A DNA stretch of 64,000 nt from the human T2T-CHM13v2.0 reference genome, Homo sapiens. Positions 31,201 to 46,762 of the stretch are shown one piece after another (the first letter of the stretch is position 1; the number at the start of each line of letters is the position of its first letter). Under the pieces are notes generated by a model, which saw nothing but the letters and a program-made list of their open reading frames with translations, was not told where the DNA came from and did no database searches. Position numbers and translations under genes: made by a program. The DNA lies in NCBI RefSeq assembly GCF_009914755.1, contig NC_060933.1; one strand, written 5' to 3'.

Positions 31201-34200
31201 AAATGTGTTTAGTGACGAATATAAATAATTGTGTAATTGTGAGCTTTCCAAGTATAGTTCTACTTAAATCACATCATCAAATGGAGACATTCTATGTTTC
31301 ATGTACGTAAAGCACAAAACAAGCAAAACTAAGGTTTAAAATCCAGAGTAGTGAGCACTGGGGCTTAGGGACTGGAAAGGAGCAGGAGGGGCTTTCTCGG
31401 GGACTGGGAACGTTCTGTTTATTTAACTTGTGCTGGATTCATGGATGTGTTTGGTTTGCAAAAATTCATCAAGTTATAGGTATATAAACAAAGTGTATGA
31501 TATATAAACCCACATATATATGCCATGTGTACGATACACATATACATCAGTAAAAGCAGTTTTCAGAAAGATTTAAAGGTGTAGGCTAACCTAAAAAGAT
31601 GTAAAGGTAAAGGTTCATTGAAAAATAAGCTTAAATATAAATGCTAAGAGTAGCTCTACTAGATCAGCATTTTTATTAATATGAAGGATACACAGCCCAA
31701 ATATAAGTGGACTTCAGATTATGTGCTTCACCCCTGAAAAAGCACAAAAACAAAGTGGAGGGCTCAAACTCATCTGATTTTAAGATTTATTGTAAATGTA
31801 TAATAACCAAGACAGTGAGGATTTTGCAAAAGGATACATATATAAAGCAGTGATCTCTAACAGAGAGTGCAGAAATATTTCACACATATGTGAAATTCAT
31901 GATTAACCAAAGTGCAGTGGCAATTCATGGGGAAAGAAGAATTTTTTTGACAAATGCTGCTGGAATTATGGGGTAAACCTATGAAGAGAAAATGAAAATT
32001 GACCCTCACCTCACACCACATACAAAAGCAAAACTCGAATCATAGGGCAAAGTGCAAAAGCTAATACTAAACTTCCAGAAGAAAACAGGAGAAAATCTTT
32101 GTAACTGTGGGGCACAGATTTCTTAGGTTGGTTGCAAAAAACACAAACCACAAAATATAAATTGAAAAAGTTAACTTTATCAAAATCGAAAACTTGAAAG
32201 CCACCGCTAAGAAAACAAACCAAAAAGGAGCAAGGCACAGAGTGGAAGAGAGTATTGAAAATACATCTATCTGACAAAAGACTTATACCCAGAATATAGG
32301 AAGAACTTTTACAATTCATGGAGAAGACAAAAATATCTATTAGAAAATGGGCAAAACAGCTGGGCACAGCTCAAGACAATATGCACAGGGCCAATAAGCA
32401 CACAAGAAGATGCCCAGTATCTTTGGTCATCTGGGGCAAGGGTGGACCGGGAGACTGCGAAGGGACTGCTGAGGCCATCCAGGCTAGGGCACACAGTGGC
32501 TCTGGCCACCCCAACTGAAGCCTGGGTGTCCTCCTGGGGCCACTCTCAGAGAGAGTCCCAGAGAGGAAAAGGAACTTGCAGAGGAAATGAACCTCAATGA
32601 CATCATTGGCTCAGGGGCTCCACTAAGTGCAGCTCAGGCACAGGATGAGGCTGGCCCAGGAATGAGGAGCTCGGACAGGAGGAGGACTCTGCACCTGGGG
32701 TTTCAGTGCCATCTGCCTGGTTTGTTGCCTCCCCCTCCCTCTCTCCCAATGCCCACTTGTCTCCCAGGATGCAGAGTACCCATCCCAGAGTCCCATGGTC
32801 CTGCCAAAGGGGATATGCCCCCCAGCAAAGATAAGCAGACAGACCCAGCCAAGAGGGCTGTTTCAACAGCTCAGAGACCAGGACCCCCATGGGGTTCCCA
32901 TATGGGCCAGAGCCAACCAACCACTCTCTGGATTTCAGATCCCCTTCCCTTTCCCTGCTGGTCCAGCACCTGGCATGGAGCATCCACCCCATAGGGTGAG
33001 GAGGGAGAAGATTCCTGCTGCAAACGGCTCAGTGCAGGGCCTGGTACAAGTTAATTGTTCAGCAACTGGCAGCTCTCTCACGATCTGTTTATGTCCCTGA
33101 TGGCTCTTGGCTACAAAGGTGGAATTCAGAAGCCAGTCTCCAGCCCTGGGAGTGGGAATGACAAGATCAAAGCTGAACCTAATCCTCGAAAGACAACCTG
33201 GTATAGCGGAAAAACGCTGGTACAGGAAGATACAGATGCAAATGGTACTTGGTGGATAAATATTCCCAGATCCGGCAGGGCTCTCTGATCCTTCACCTTA
33301 AGGAAATCTGTGTGTCCAGTTTGTTTATTAATATTTTAGTTGTGCAAAGCACATGAAGTCTCAGCACTAACCTAGCAGCCCTGCAATGCTGTGGGGGAGA
33401 GGATGGGGCTGGGGCTGCAACCCCAGAAACAAAGGACCAGAGACCTCCACCACCACAGCCTGAGCCTTCCTGCCCCTCCAGCTCTTCTCCTGAATCTGTG
33501 CCCTGCGAGTGAATTCAGAAGCAAATGGGATACTGGTGCGAGTACAAGCTGAACCATCATTCTTGAAACCGGAGCCCACGGAGGGCCTCCCGCTAGCCTT
33601 TCCACCGGGGGTGGGCGCTTCACGAGCCCCAGAAGCACTTCATGTTCAGTCTCAGCCCCTGCATCTCCACGCAGCAGCCACTCAAGTCTTCGCGGAGCCT
33701 CTTCATCTTAAACACAGATTTAGAAGAGGACGTCGTGGAGGTCAAGCAATTGCCTGCTTCATTTCCATGCATTGGCATCACCAAGAAGGCCCCCAGAGAC
33801 TTTTCCTAAGTAGCAGGCTTGGTACAGAATTATCAGATATTCTCCATTTTTGTTGTTGTTGTTGTTAAATCCGCTGGGTCGCTGCTAACAAAATGCTAGC
33901 CGGAAAGACCGTTGAAATTGATGTGTCTCATTTCCTTTTGCCTTTTCTCTTAAACCAATGACCTTCACTAGTGCATTTAATAGCCTTTAGGTTTTTTTTT
34001 AGCTTTGTTCTCAAATTGCACCCTGGAACCAAGCAGGTGAAACTTCAGACCTCTCTGAGCGGCTATCTCTGCAGATGGATATTTGGGGCTGAGGGAGACC
34101 CCAGAGGAGGAGAGGGCAGCTGTAACGAGGGAGCTGGGGGCAGATCCCAGCTCTGAATCCCAAGGATCCTGGGTTTGAGGCAGCCTCAGCCACTCCTGGC

Positions 34201-34798
34201 CCAGTAACCTAGAGCCAGCAATTCTCCTCCATCTCTGCCTCAGTTTCTTCAACTGTAAAATGAAGCAAGAGCAGTGCACTCTCCATAAAGCAAGGAAGGG
34301 GAAAATTCCTGCTGCAAAGAGCTCAGCTTAGGGCCCAGCACAAGTTAATTGTTCAGCAAGCAGTGGCTCTGTCACCATCTGTTTATGTCCCGGATGGCTC
34401 TTGGCTACAAGGGTGGAATTCAGAAGCAGGTCTCCAGCCCTGGGAGCAGAGGGTTACAAGATCAAAGCTGAGCCTGACTCTCGTGAGGTGTTGTGGGATC
34501 GGGGAAGAAGAGGAGCTCTAGAAACCAGCAGAACTGCGGCTCTGCCACATCCCAGCGCATGGACCTTAGCATATCTGAGACCCAATTCCCTCACTTTAAG
34601 GAGGAAGCAGGGTGGCATGAATATAGATGAAGCCAGAATGCACTTCATGCATGCACAGGGAAACACACACACACACCCTGGCACCATAGTCCACGTTCAG
34701 TTTTAGTAAAGGCACATTTCCTCCCCTCTCCCTCTCCCAGAAGGAAACTTGAGTACCAGGCAGGCTACCAGGATAGAAATCCCACCACAGAAACCCAC

Positions 34799-37088
34799 TG
34801 TATTAGTCTGTTTTCATACTGCTAATAAAGACATACTTGAGATTGGGTAATTTATACAGGAAAAAGGTTTAATGGACTTATAGTTCCATGTGGCTGACAA
34901 GGCCTCATAATCATGGCAGAAGGCAAAGAGGAGCAAGTCACATCTTACATGGATGGCAGCAGGCAAAGAGAGAGCTTATGCTGGGAAACTCTCCCTTATA
35001 AAACCATCAGATCTTGTGAGATTTATTCACTATCACAAGAACAGCATGAGAAAGACCTGCCCCCATGATTCAGCTACCTCCCACTGGGTCCCTCCCACAA
35101 CATGTGGGAATTCAAGGTGAGATTTGGGTGGGGACACAGCCAAACCATATCATTCCAGCTCTAGCCCCTCCCAAATTTCATGTCCTCACATTTCAAAATG
35201 AATTATGCCTTCCCAACAGTCCCCTAAAGTCTTAACTCATTTCAGCATTAACTCAAAAGACCACAGTCCAAAGTCTTATCTGAGACAAGTCAAGTCCCTT
35301 CTGCCTATGAGCTTGTAAGATCAAAAGCAAGTTAGTTACTTCCTAGATACAATGGGGGTATAGGCATTGCCTAAATACAGCCCTTCCAAATGGGAAAAAT
35401 TAGCCCACACAAAGGGGCTACAGGCCCCATGCAAGTCAAAAAACCATCAGGGGAGTCAAATCTTAAAGCTTCAAAATGATCTCCTTTGACTCCATATCTC
35501 ACATCCAGGTCACACTGATGCATGAGGTAGGTCCCCCTGGTCTTGGGCAGCTCTGTCCCTGTGGCTTTGCAGGGTACCACCTCCCTCCCAGCTGCTTTCA
35601 CAGGCTGGCGTTAAGTGTCTGCAGGTTTTCCAGGCACACAGTGCAAACTGTCAGTAGATCTACCATTCTGGAGTCTGGAGGACGGTGGCCCTCTTCTCAC
35701 AGCTCCACCAGGTGGTGGTCCAGTGGGGACTCCGTGTGGAGGCTCCAGCCCCACATTTCCCTTCTGCACTGCCCTAACAGAGGTTCTCCATGAGGGCCCC
35801 GCCCCTGCAGCAAATGGGCATCCAGGCAACAGAGGATGTTTCCATACATCTTCTGAAAACTAGGTGGAGTTTCCCAAACCTCAATTATTGGCTTCTGTAC
35901 ACTTGCAGGCTAACACTACATGGAAGCTGCCAAGGATTGGGGCTTGCACCCTCTAAAATCACGGCCTGAGCTCCACATTGGCCCCTTTCAGCCATGGCTG
36001 GAGTGGCTGGGATGCAGGGCACCAAGTCCCTAGGCTGCACACAGAATGGGGACCCTGGGCCTGGGCCGTGAAACCATTTTTTCCTCCTAGGCCTCTGGGC
36101 CTGCAATGGGAGGAACTGCTGTGAAGACCTCTGACATGCCCTGGAGACATTTTCCCCATCGTCTTGGGGATTAACATTCGGGTCCTTGTTGCTTGTGCAA
36201 ATTTCTGCAGCCACCTTGAATTTCTCCTCAGAAAATGCAATTTTCTTTTTTTGTCACATTGTCAGGCTGCAAATCTTCCAAACTTTTATGCTCTGCTTCC
36301 CTTATAAAACTGAATGCCTTTAACAACACCCAAGTCACCTCTTCAATGTTTTGCTGCTTAGAAATTTCTTCCACCAGATATGCTAAATCATCTCTCTCAA
36401 GTTCAAAGTTCCACAAATCTCTAGGGCAGAGGCAAAATTCTGCCAGTGTCTTTGCTAAAGCATAACAAGAGTCACCTTTGCTCCAGTTCCCCACAAGTTT
36501 CTCATCTCTATCTGAGACTACCTCAGCCTGGATTTCATTGTCCATATCATTATAAGCATTTTTGTCAAAGCCATTCAACAAATCTCTAGGGAGTTCCAAA
36601 CTTTCCCACATTTTCCTGTCTTCTTCTGAGCCCTCCAAACTGTTCCAACTTCTGTCTATTACCCAGTTCCAAAGTTAATTCCACATTTTCAGCTATCATT
36701 ACAGTGGTGCCCCACTCTACTGGTACCAACGTACTGTATTAGTCTGTTTTTATGCTGCTAATAAAGCCATACTCGAGACTGGGTAATTTATACAGGAAAA
36801 AGTTTTAATGGACTTACAGTTCCATATGGCTGGGGATGCTTCATAATCATGGCAGAAGGCAAGGACTAGCAAGTCATGTCTTACATGGATGGCAGCAGGC
36901 AAAGAGAGAGCTTATGCTGGGAAACTCCCCCTTATAAAACCGTCAGATCTCGTGAGACTTATTCACTATAATGAGAACAGTATGAGAAAGACCTGCCCCC
37001 ATGATTCAGTTACCTCCCACTGGTTCCCTCCCACAACATGTGGAAATTCAGGATAAGATTTGAGTGAGGACATGGCCAAACCATATCA
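34799..37088 (-). mobile_element. Full-length THE1 MaLR element (LTR 34799-35152, internal region, LTR 36735-37088)
   Basis: Two 354-bp directly repeated LTRs, perfect TSD CCCAC (34794-34798 and 37089-37093), and a broken MaLR internal ORF (EGSEEDRKMWESLELPRDLLNGFD...) at 36228-36638 on the - strand. Confidence 0.95.
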
Positions 37089-37559
37089 CCCACCAAGCCC
37101 TTCACTTGAGGATCTGGGCTGGGCTCTCAGGCAAGAATCAGGAGGCACTGAGTTGGGATTCAGTCCAACAATGGCAAGTGGACGGCATGTTCTGGCTCAG
37201 GGTTGGGCAGACAGGGCCTCCCTCTGGGGTTCACACTGGTTCTGAATAACAAGAACCATGCTGGGGCAATGACCTGGGGCCTGAGCCCTGCTCTTAGCCT
37301 GCTGGGCACCATGCCAGCCCAGGGCAGCCCACCAAGGCTGTCCACGTGGCATCCTTAGTGATAGTTTCTAGAGCTGCTTCCTTGGCCCCTGACCAGCCCC
37401 ACATCCCTGGACCTGGGCTCTGTGGAGGACCTCTCTCTGCCCTTCGGCTCCCATCCTCCCATCCTGCTTCCCCTTGGGGAACCCCTCCAGCCTCATGGGT
37501 GCTGTCTGTCCCCACTGGTCAGTCTCCCCCTACGCTTGGGCCCTGGACAGCAGACTGCC

Positions 37560-38195
37560 GTGTCCAGCCTCCTTTTTGGCATCTCCACTTGGGATCTCCT
37601 CCCAGGCTCTGACACCTGCAATGCCCCACAGCGTTCCTGACCTCCCTTCCTTACCCTGCCTCTCTCTGTCTTTGTGCAACGAAAGCCCCTTACTCACCCA
37701 GAGCCCCCAAACCAAACACATAAGCTGTGTCGTTACTCATGTGACCCCTTCCAGTGGCCCCTGGAGTGAGCCCCCCTTCCCTGTAGCTCCCTGTGGATCC
37801 TCCTCATCCATTCTCCACAAAGAGGCAGGGTTTTCAAAGCACAAATCAGACACCATCACTCCCTCACTCAAAACCCCAGTGACTGCCGTTTCATGATACT
37901 GAGAGCTAATGGTCTGTTCAGGGCTGGCAAGGCCCTGCCTGCTCCCCATGCCCTCCCCCTGCACCAGTCTTGCTGACACCAACCCCCAACCTTTCCCCAA
38001 AGCCACCTACTCTCACCCTCAGGCCTCTGCATGGGGTGCTCTTCCCCAAGTCATGGGCCATCTTCCCCAAAATGTTCCCCGAGTGACTCTGGGCCCAGCA
38101 TCCTATTCATTAGGCTCACACCACTCAGCTGTGGCTGACGTTTACCAAATTCTTCTATCTGCTTGCTTGTTTGTTTTCTCACTGTCCCTGCAATT
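37560..38195 (+). mobile_element. L2 remnant
   Basis: ccattctccac..ttcaaagcacaaatcagacaccatcactccctcactcaaaacccc is typical of L2. Confidence 0.55.
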
Positions 38196-39792
38196 GGCTG
38201 AGTAACAGCCCTCCAAGATCTCCATGTTCTCATCCCTGGAGCTGGACATGAACCTTGATGGGTCTTTATTCAGAAGAAGTGAGCTGCAGATATGGCCACA
38301 TCCAGAGTCTTCCGATCCTCCTGTCCTCTCCCTGTGGGTACTAAATTCAAGCATCCTTATAAGAGGCAGGGGAAGACACATGTGGTTGGGAGGAGACACA
38401 TGCACAGGGGAGATACATGCAGTTGGGGGGACACATGCAGGAAAGGAGACACATGTGTGGGGGAGACGCATGCAGTTGGGGGGACACGTGCAGGAGAGGA
38501 GGCACACGCACGGGGGGAGACACATGCAGTGGGGGAGACACATGTGGGGGGGAAGACACACGTCTGGGGGAGACACATGTTGGGGGAGACACATGTGGGG
38601 GGGAAGACACATGTCTGGGGGAGACACATGTTGGGGGAGACACATGTGGGGGGGAGACACGTGGTTGGGGGGGAGACACATGCAGCAGGGAGATACATGC
38701 AGTTGGAGGGACACATGCAGGAAAGGAGACACATGTGGGGGGGAGACACATGCCAGGGGGGAGACACATGTGGGGAGGGGAGACACATGCAGAGTGGGGG
38801 ACACATGCAGGAGAGGAGGCACATGTGTGGGGGAGACACATGCATTTGGGGGGACACATGCAGGAGAGGAGGCACATGCAAGAGGGGAGACACATGCAGT
38901 GGGGGAGACACATGTGGAGGGGAAGACACATGTCTGGGGGAGACACATGTTGGGGGAGACATATGTGGGGGGGAAGACACGTGGGGAGGGGGGACACATG
39001 CGGGGAGGAAAACACATATGGGGGGAGACACATGTGAGGGGGAGACACATGCAGTTGGGGGGGACACATGCAGGAGGGGAGACACATGCCGGGGGAGACT
39101 CATGCTGGGGGGAGACACATGCACGGGGGGGAGACACATGCAGCGGGGAAGACACACGCGGCAGGGAGCGGTAGGGACACAGGCAGAGGGGAGAGACACA
39201 TGCAGGGTTGGGGGAGACACATGTCGGGGGGAGACACATGCAGCGGGGAGACACATGCGGGGGGGAAGACACATGTGGGGAGGGGAGACACATGCGGGGA
39301 GGAAAACACACATTGCGGGAGACACATGTGGGGGAGAGACACGTGCAATGGGGGGGAACACATGCAGGAGGGGAGACACATGCCGGGGGAGACTCATGCT
39401 GGGGGGAGACACATGCACGGCGGGGAGACACATGCAGTGGGGAAGACACACGCGGCAGGGAGCGGTGGGGACACAGGCAGAGGGGAGAGACACATGCAGG
39501 GTTGGGGGAGACACATGCGGAGGAGCAGGGGACATGGAGATGCAGCAGAGACAGCTTGAAGGTGCTGGCCTGGAAGACTGGAGCAGCCACAGGCCTAGGA
39601 ACACCCAGGGCCTCCAGAAGCTGCAGGAGGCAGGAAGGATCCTCCCCTAGAGCCTCTGGAGGGAGGACAGCCCTGCCAACACCTTCGTCTTGGACTTCTC
39701 CCCTCCAGAACTTGGAGAGAATGAATCTCCGTTGCCTTAAGCTTCTCAGGTTGGGGTATCTTCTCACCATCAGCCCTGTCTGATGTAATAAC
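38196..39792 (+). mobile_element. MLT1 (C/D-like) LTR expanded by an internal minisatellite
   Basis: MLT1 5' part ending atccttataagaggcag; 3' part cctccagaagctg..ggatcctcccctagagcctctggaggga..cagccctgccaacacctt. Confidence 0.75.
38369..39520 (+). repeat. Minisatellite, ~17-22-bp unit GGGGGAGACACATG(C/T) with higher-order structure
   Basis: Dozens of visible units. Confidence 0.95.
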
Positions 39793-39814
39793 GCTCTCTC
39801 TCCCTCACTAGGGC

Positions 39815-41420
<1,606 letters not shown>

Positions 41421-41427
41421 TCTGCCG

Positions 41428-41632
41428 GGGGAGAGGTGTGAGGAGGAGGGCCAAGGGGCAGGGGAGAGGTGTGAGGAGGAGGGCCAAGGGGCAGGGGAGA
41501 GGTGTGAGGAGGAGGGCCAAGGGGCAGGGGAGAGGTGTGAGGAGGAGGGCCAAGGGGCAGGGGAGAGGTGTGAGGAGGAGGACGGAGGGGCAGGGGAGAG
41601 GTGGGAGGAGGAGGGCCGAGGAGCAGGGGAGA
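41428..41632 (+). repeat. 33-bp VNTR (ggggagaggtgtgaggaggagggccaaggggca) x ~6
   Basis: Four perfect and two diverged units. Confidence 0.95.
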
Positions 41633-43842
41633 AAGAGTTAGAGCCCCTCCAAGGGAGTTGGGGCTGTGGGCAGGGGGAGGCAGAGACAGGATTTCAGGAC
41701 TCCCTTGGGCTGGGAGGTCATGAATTCAAACAGGGACCAGTCCACAAGGCGGTGTGATTTCCCTGGCCCTGCTCAGCTGTCAGGGAGCAGGGAGGGGTGG
41801 ACAGAGAGTTGGGTGTCGCCAGGAAGACAGGAGGATGGGCAACGCCAGGGAACTGAGAGCACAGGAGAGACTTCTGGAGGAATCACAGCTGGACAAGCAG
41901 GGAAGTGACGAGGGGGAGACCACGGAGCAGGGTTTGGTGCTGCCTGCCCCGGCTGAACACCGGCAAGTGCACGACTGACTCCCGTGAACATCAAATGTGC
42001 TCCTAGGCTGCAAGGATTTAGTGAGAGAATGGCATAAGCTCAGCGCGTGCCCAACACACAGTGGGGCTGAGAACTCCAAACCACCCAGGTGGTCCCAGAA
42101 GCAGAGCTGGCCACCCTTTCCTTGCTTGACGGCTTCCAAACAGAAGCAGCTGGTTGCCGTGCACAAGTCCAGGGAGCTGATAAGGAGGGGCAGCCTGGGT
42201 CCTCTGTGAGCCTATTCACCACCGCCCCAGGCCGGTGTCCCCAGGGGCCAGGGAGGCCATCTGGGTGCTCGCTCGGCTCAGCTGGATTTGGAGAGGGTGA
42301 AGCCGGCAGCCTGAAGGCTCAGGGCACAGGGAGCCGATCGCGTGGATTTTGGGTCCCATTTGCTAGGAAATTCGCAGAGAGGAGGGGAGAGTTAGTGCCG
42401 TTGCCTTGGCAACGCTCTGTCACATTCTAATGGGGCTCAGCAGTAGAAGGAGGCTTGTCTTAGAGGAGCACAAAGCAGATCGATTTGCTGGTGTCCTGAG
42501 GCAGCTCAGCGGGAAAGCGGCTGCTACCCGGGTGCCTGCTGCCCAAGCTCCATCAGGAAGGCAGCAGAAGAGGGGCGGGTGGGGGTGTCCCAGGACCCAC
42601 GGTACCCACCAAAGAGTGAGGCGGGCTGATGCTGGGTACCCACTTGGCCTCATCCCAAGGTAGCTCAGGATCTCAGAGCTGGGGTGGAGGAGGTGGGCAG
42701 CTGCCCCAGACCGACTGGAGCTTTGGGACCCAGGCCCCACACCCACCTCTACATGGAGCCTCTGCTCTAGGGAGCTTCCTGATTTTGCAGACAGGAACGC
42801 CATGGGATGAGGAAAAGACAAGCATCTAAATCTGTCAGCAGTGAGGTGTGTTGGTGTCACGGGCTGTGGCCTCCCTCTACCTGAACCTCAGCCAACCCCA
42901 AAGGGGTGGACACAATGAAGAACTCGGAGCAACCTCCTCGAGGGGCCCGAGTGGATGCCAGATTCCCCAAAATCCAGAACTAGAGCCAAAGAGCTAGGAG
43001 CTTGGGTTGCAGGAGCAAATATAAATATTAAAAGTACGGACAAGATACAAATAATACAAGCAGTACAGATTGAGAGGAGGGACAGGGTGGCCAGAGAAAG
43101 AGGAGCTGAATATTACCCAGGCTTTCAAAAGAGGAAGTGGGCGTTATTGTCAAAAACGGGACCACGGGATAGAGAATGTCTAATTCCAAACAGTTAACGG
43201 TCTTCATAGACTTTTCCTTCTCAATCTTAGAAGGTTCTTCTAGGAAACAATGCCTCGCATGGTGAAGATAAACGCGCTTGAAGTCAGCAGCATCTTCGGC
43301 TTGACTTTGTTCCCCTTCCTTCTTTACGTTGAAGTTCAATCTAATATTTCTGGGCTGCAAAGCCTGGGAAGGATGATGTCATCTTTTACACCAGCATTTG
43401 CCCATCCTTCCTATTTCTTTCTAGCCATTGCCACGTGCCAGGCATGGTTCTAAATATTTGGCACGGCTGTGGCTCCCTGACGCCACTCAGCTGGGCACTG
43501 AGGTGGGGCTGCCATCATCAATCCACCCCCAGGGAGATAAATGGGGCCCGGAGAGGGTGACTGGCCCAGGGCCTCAACAGCTCCCAAGAGGGGGGCTCTG
43601 GCTTGGCACCCAGGCCATTTGGTCTTAGAGGCCACCCTCTTACGTTTGCACATTTTGCATTTCCTGATCACGTGCACAGAGGAATGCCTGCAGAGCAGCC
43701 CCATGGTCAACACTGGCGATTCTGGGTAGGAGGCTTTCGTTACTTTTACATTCTTCTTTGTATTTTATCTTTTTAAAGAAATACAATAATAAGTCTGTAT
43801 TTTTTTTTAAAAAAAAACAGCTTTATTAAGATATAGTTTACA

Positions 43843-44185
<343 letters not shown>

Positions 44186-44572
44186 TCACTTAAGGTGTAC
44201 AATTCAATGGTTTTGGTATATTATATTACTATATTTTTAAAACTGTGGTTACATATGCATAACATAAAATTTACCATTTTACCCATGAAGTGCACAAGTT
44301 TGTGGCACTGATGACATTCACCATATTGTGCCACCGTCACCACTGTCGACTTCCAAAACTTTGTCATTATTCCAGGCTTAAACTTGTACCCACTCACCAA
44401 TCATGTCCCAACCTCCTTCCCCTTAGCCCCTGGTAACCACTAATCTACTTCCCAGCTCTGTGAATGTGACTACCCTAGGGACCCCATAAAAGCAGAATCC
44501 TGCAGTACTTGTCCGTCAGTGACCGGCTTATTTTGCTGAGGATAATGTCTTCAAGCTTCATCTGTGTTGTAG

Positions 44573-44988
<416 letters not shown>

Positions 44989-46488
44989 TGTTCCCACTTT
45001 TTGGCTGTTATGAATAATGCTGCCATGAACGTAGGCGTGTACATATCCGCTCCAGTCCCTGCTTTCTCTTCCCTTGGGTGTGTACTCAGAAGTGGAATTG
45101 CTGGGTCACCTGGTGTGTAACTTTAAAAATAAAAACCATCCTTGCTAAAATTGGATCTGAGGCCTCAGTCCACTCAAGGAAATCAATGCAGCCTTCCTCC
45201 CCAGCCCACAGGAACAAAACCCCAAAGACGGGGGTCGCACTCCAGCTCTATGGCCATGTCACAGGTCTCCCAGAGCCCAGACATTTATTAGCGGCCACTT
45301 GGAGCATCAATGTGAAGGCTGAAGGAGAAACTTGGGTCGAGGCCTGGGGTGCTGCGCGTGCCCCATGCACGTAGAGTTCTTAAGCATATAGAGTGTGTTT
45401 ATTCCTGCACTGGATCTCCTCAGTAGCCCCGAGACCTGCAGTATATGGACCATTCATTCCCATTCGACAGATGTGGGGACTGAGGCTCAGACAGCCACTA
45501 CCCGGAGATCCCTTCAGCTCCAAACACAGGGTCCACTCCGGCCCCTGGCTGCCTCTCTCAACGATCCCCAAGGGGCTTACAAACAGCTTTCCTCCATTCT
45601 AGGACAACAAAGACACTGGGGGTAGTAACATGAGGGGGGCAGAGAGAAAAGAAGCCTCCACAGCTGCACCCCCCCCCCAATTTCTTCCCAGCACCATCTC
45701 CTCACAGAGTCTTGGGGGCCACCCTGCCTCAGGGGCCGTGGCATATCACCAGGAATGCCACTGCTTAAACTCGTCTGAGGCTGGGAAGCCCACCCAGACC
45801 AACAGGCGGGCCCTCTGGCTTCCCTGGAGGGAGCTCTGTCCCCAGCACTCAGAGAACAGAGTCCCCACAGCAAAGGCCCTCAGGGTGCAACGGCCGTGTC
45901 GGAGGGCCCCTTCCCATCTTCTCTTCTTCAGCACATGTGCCCAGCTCCTGCACCCAATGCCCAGGGGATGCCTCCCAGATGCCAGCAGCATGGTGACAGG
46001 GGCAGGAGGTGGCATTGTCCTTGTTCTGGATATCCCTGGGTGACCCCGGTACGTGACTCCCCTGAACTCCAGCGGCCTCATCTGTGACACAGGGGGCCGG
46101 GCCACATCATCCTGGGCAGTGCTGCTCTCTGCAATTATTGAGTCTGGAGTCTCTTCTTGTCAGAGATTCTCTTTAGGGAGTTTATTTTCCATAGACTAAA
46201 GACTAAACAATAGAGAACAGAGAGAGGCTTCTAGATACCTACTGCAACCTTAGCTTCTCAGAAAATACAGGTGCTTGGGACTCTTCCACAAAATCAGGAA
46301 TTTAAATGGAAAACGTGGGCCCCAAGACAGCTCCTTTAGTCAACGGGTCTGAGTACACATTAAAGGAGGGTGGAGGGAGAGGGGACATAGAGAGGGAGGA
46401 AAGGGGAGGAGGGCACCAGGAAGGGCGGAGCCAAGGGAGTCCTGGGGGTGGATACGCACCTGCCTGTAAGGGGCCCTGTGGTCCTGGC

Positions 46489-46762
46489 ACGTGCCTATAA
46501 GAGGCCCTGTCATCGTGTGTTAGGTTGTGACACAGCTCTGCCCGCCCCAGGTGCCTTTTCTGAACCAGGAACCTAAGAGGAGCTCTCCCACCAGGGCCAG
46601 GGACGGAGGGCACCAGGACGGGCAGAGCCAAGGGGGTTCTGGAAGTCCCCGGCCCTGGTGGGAGAGCTCCTCTCTTAGGTTCCTGGTTCAGAAAAGGCAC
46701 CTGGGGAGGGCAGAGCTGTGTCACAACCTAACACACGATGACAGGGCCCCTTACAGGCACGT
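46489..46762. repeat. Long near-perfect palindrome, arms 46489-46604 and 46645-46762, 40-nt spacer
   Basis: Manual alignment gives 4 mismatches and one 2-nt indel. Confidence 0.95.

Noticed and set aside
36228-36638. 136-aa protein-like ORF
   Set aside because: Frameshifted THE1 internal ORF remnant, not a host gene.
38142-39770. 542-aa and other long overlapping ORFs on both strands
   Set aside because: They arise from a stop-poor minisatellite; the peptides are repetitive, several frames are open, and there is no gene structure.
41428-41632. Regular repeats resembling a CRISPR array
   Set aside because: Head-to-tail tandem units without unique spacers, in eukaryotic DNA with no cas genes.
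46489-46762. Palindrome as a pre-miRNA gene
   Set aside because: The stem is far longer than a canonical pre-miRNA and there is no evidence of transcription; kept only as a structural finding.
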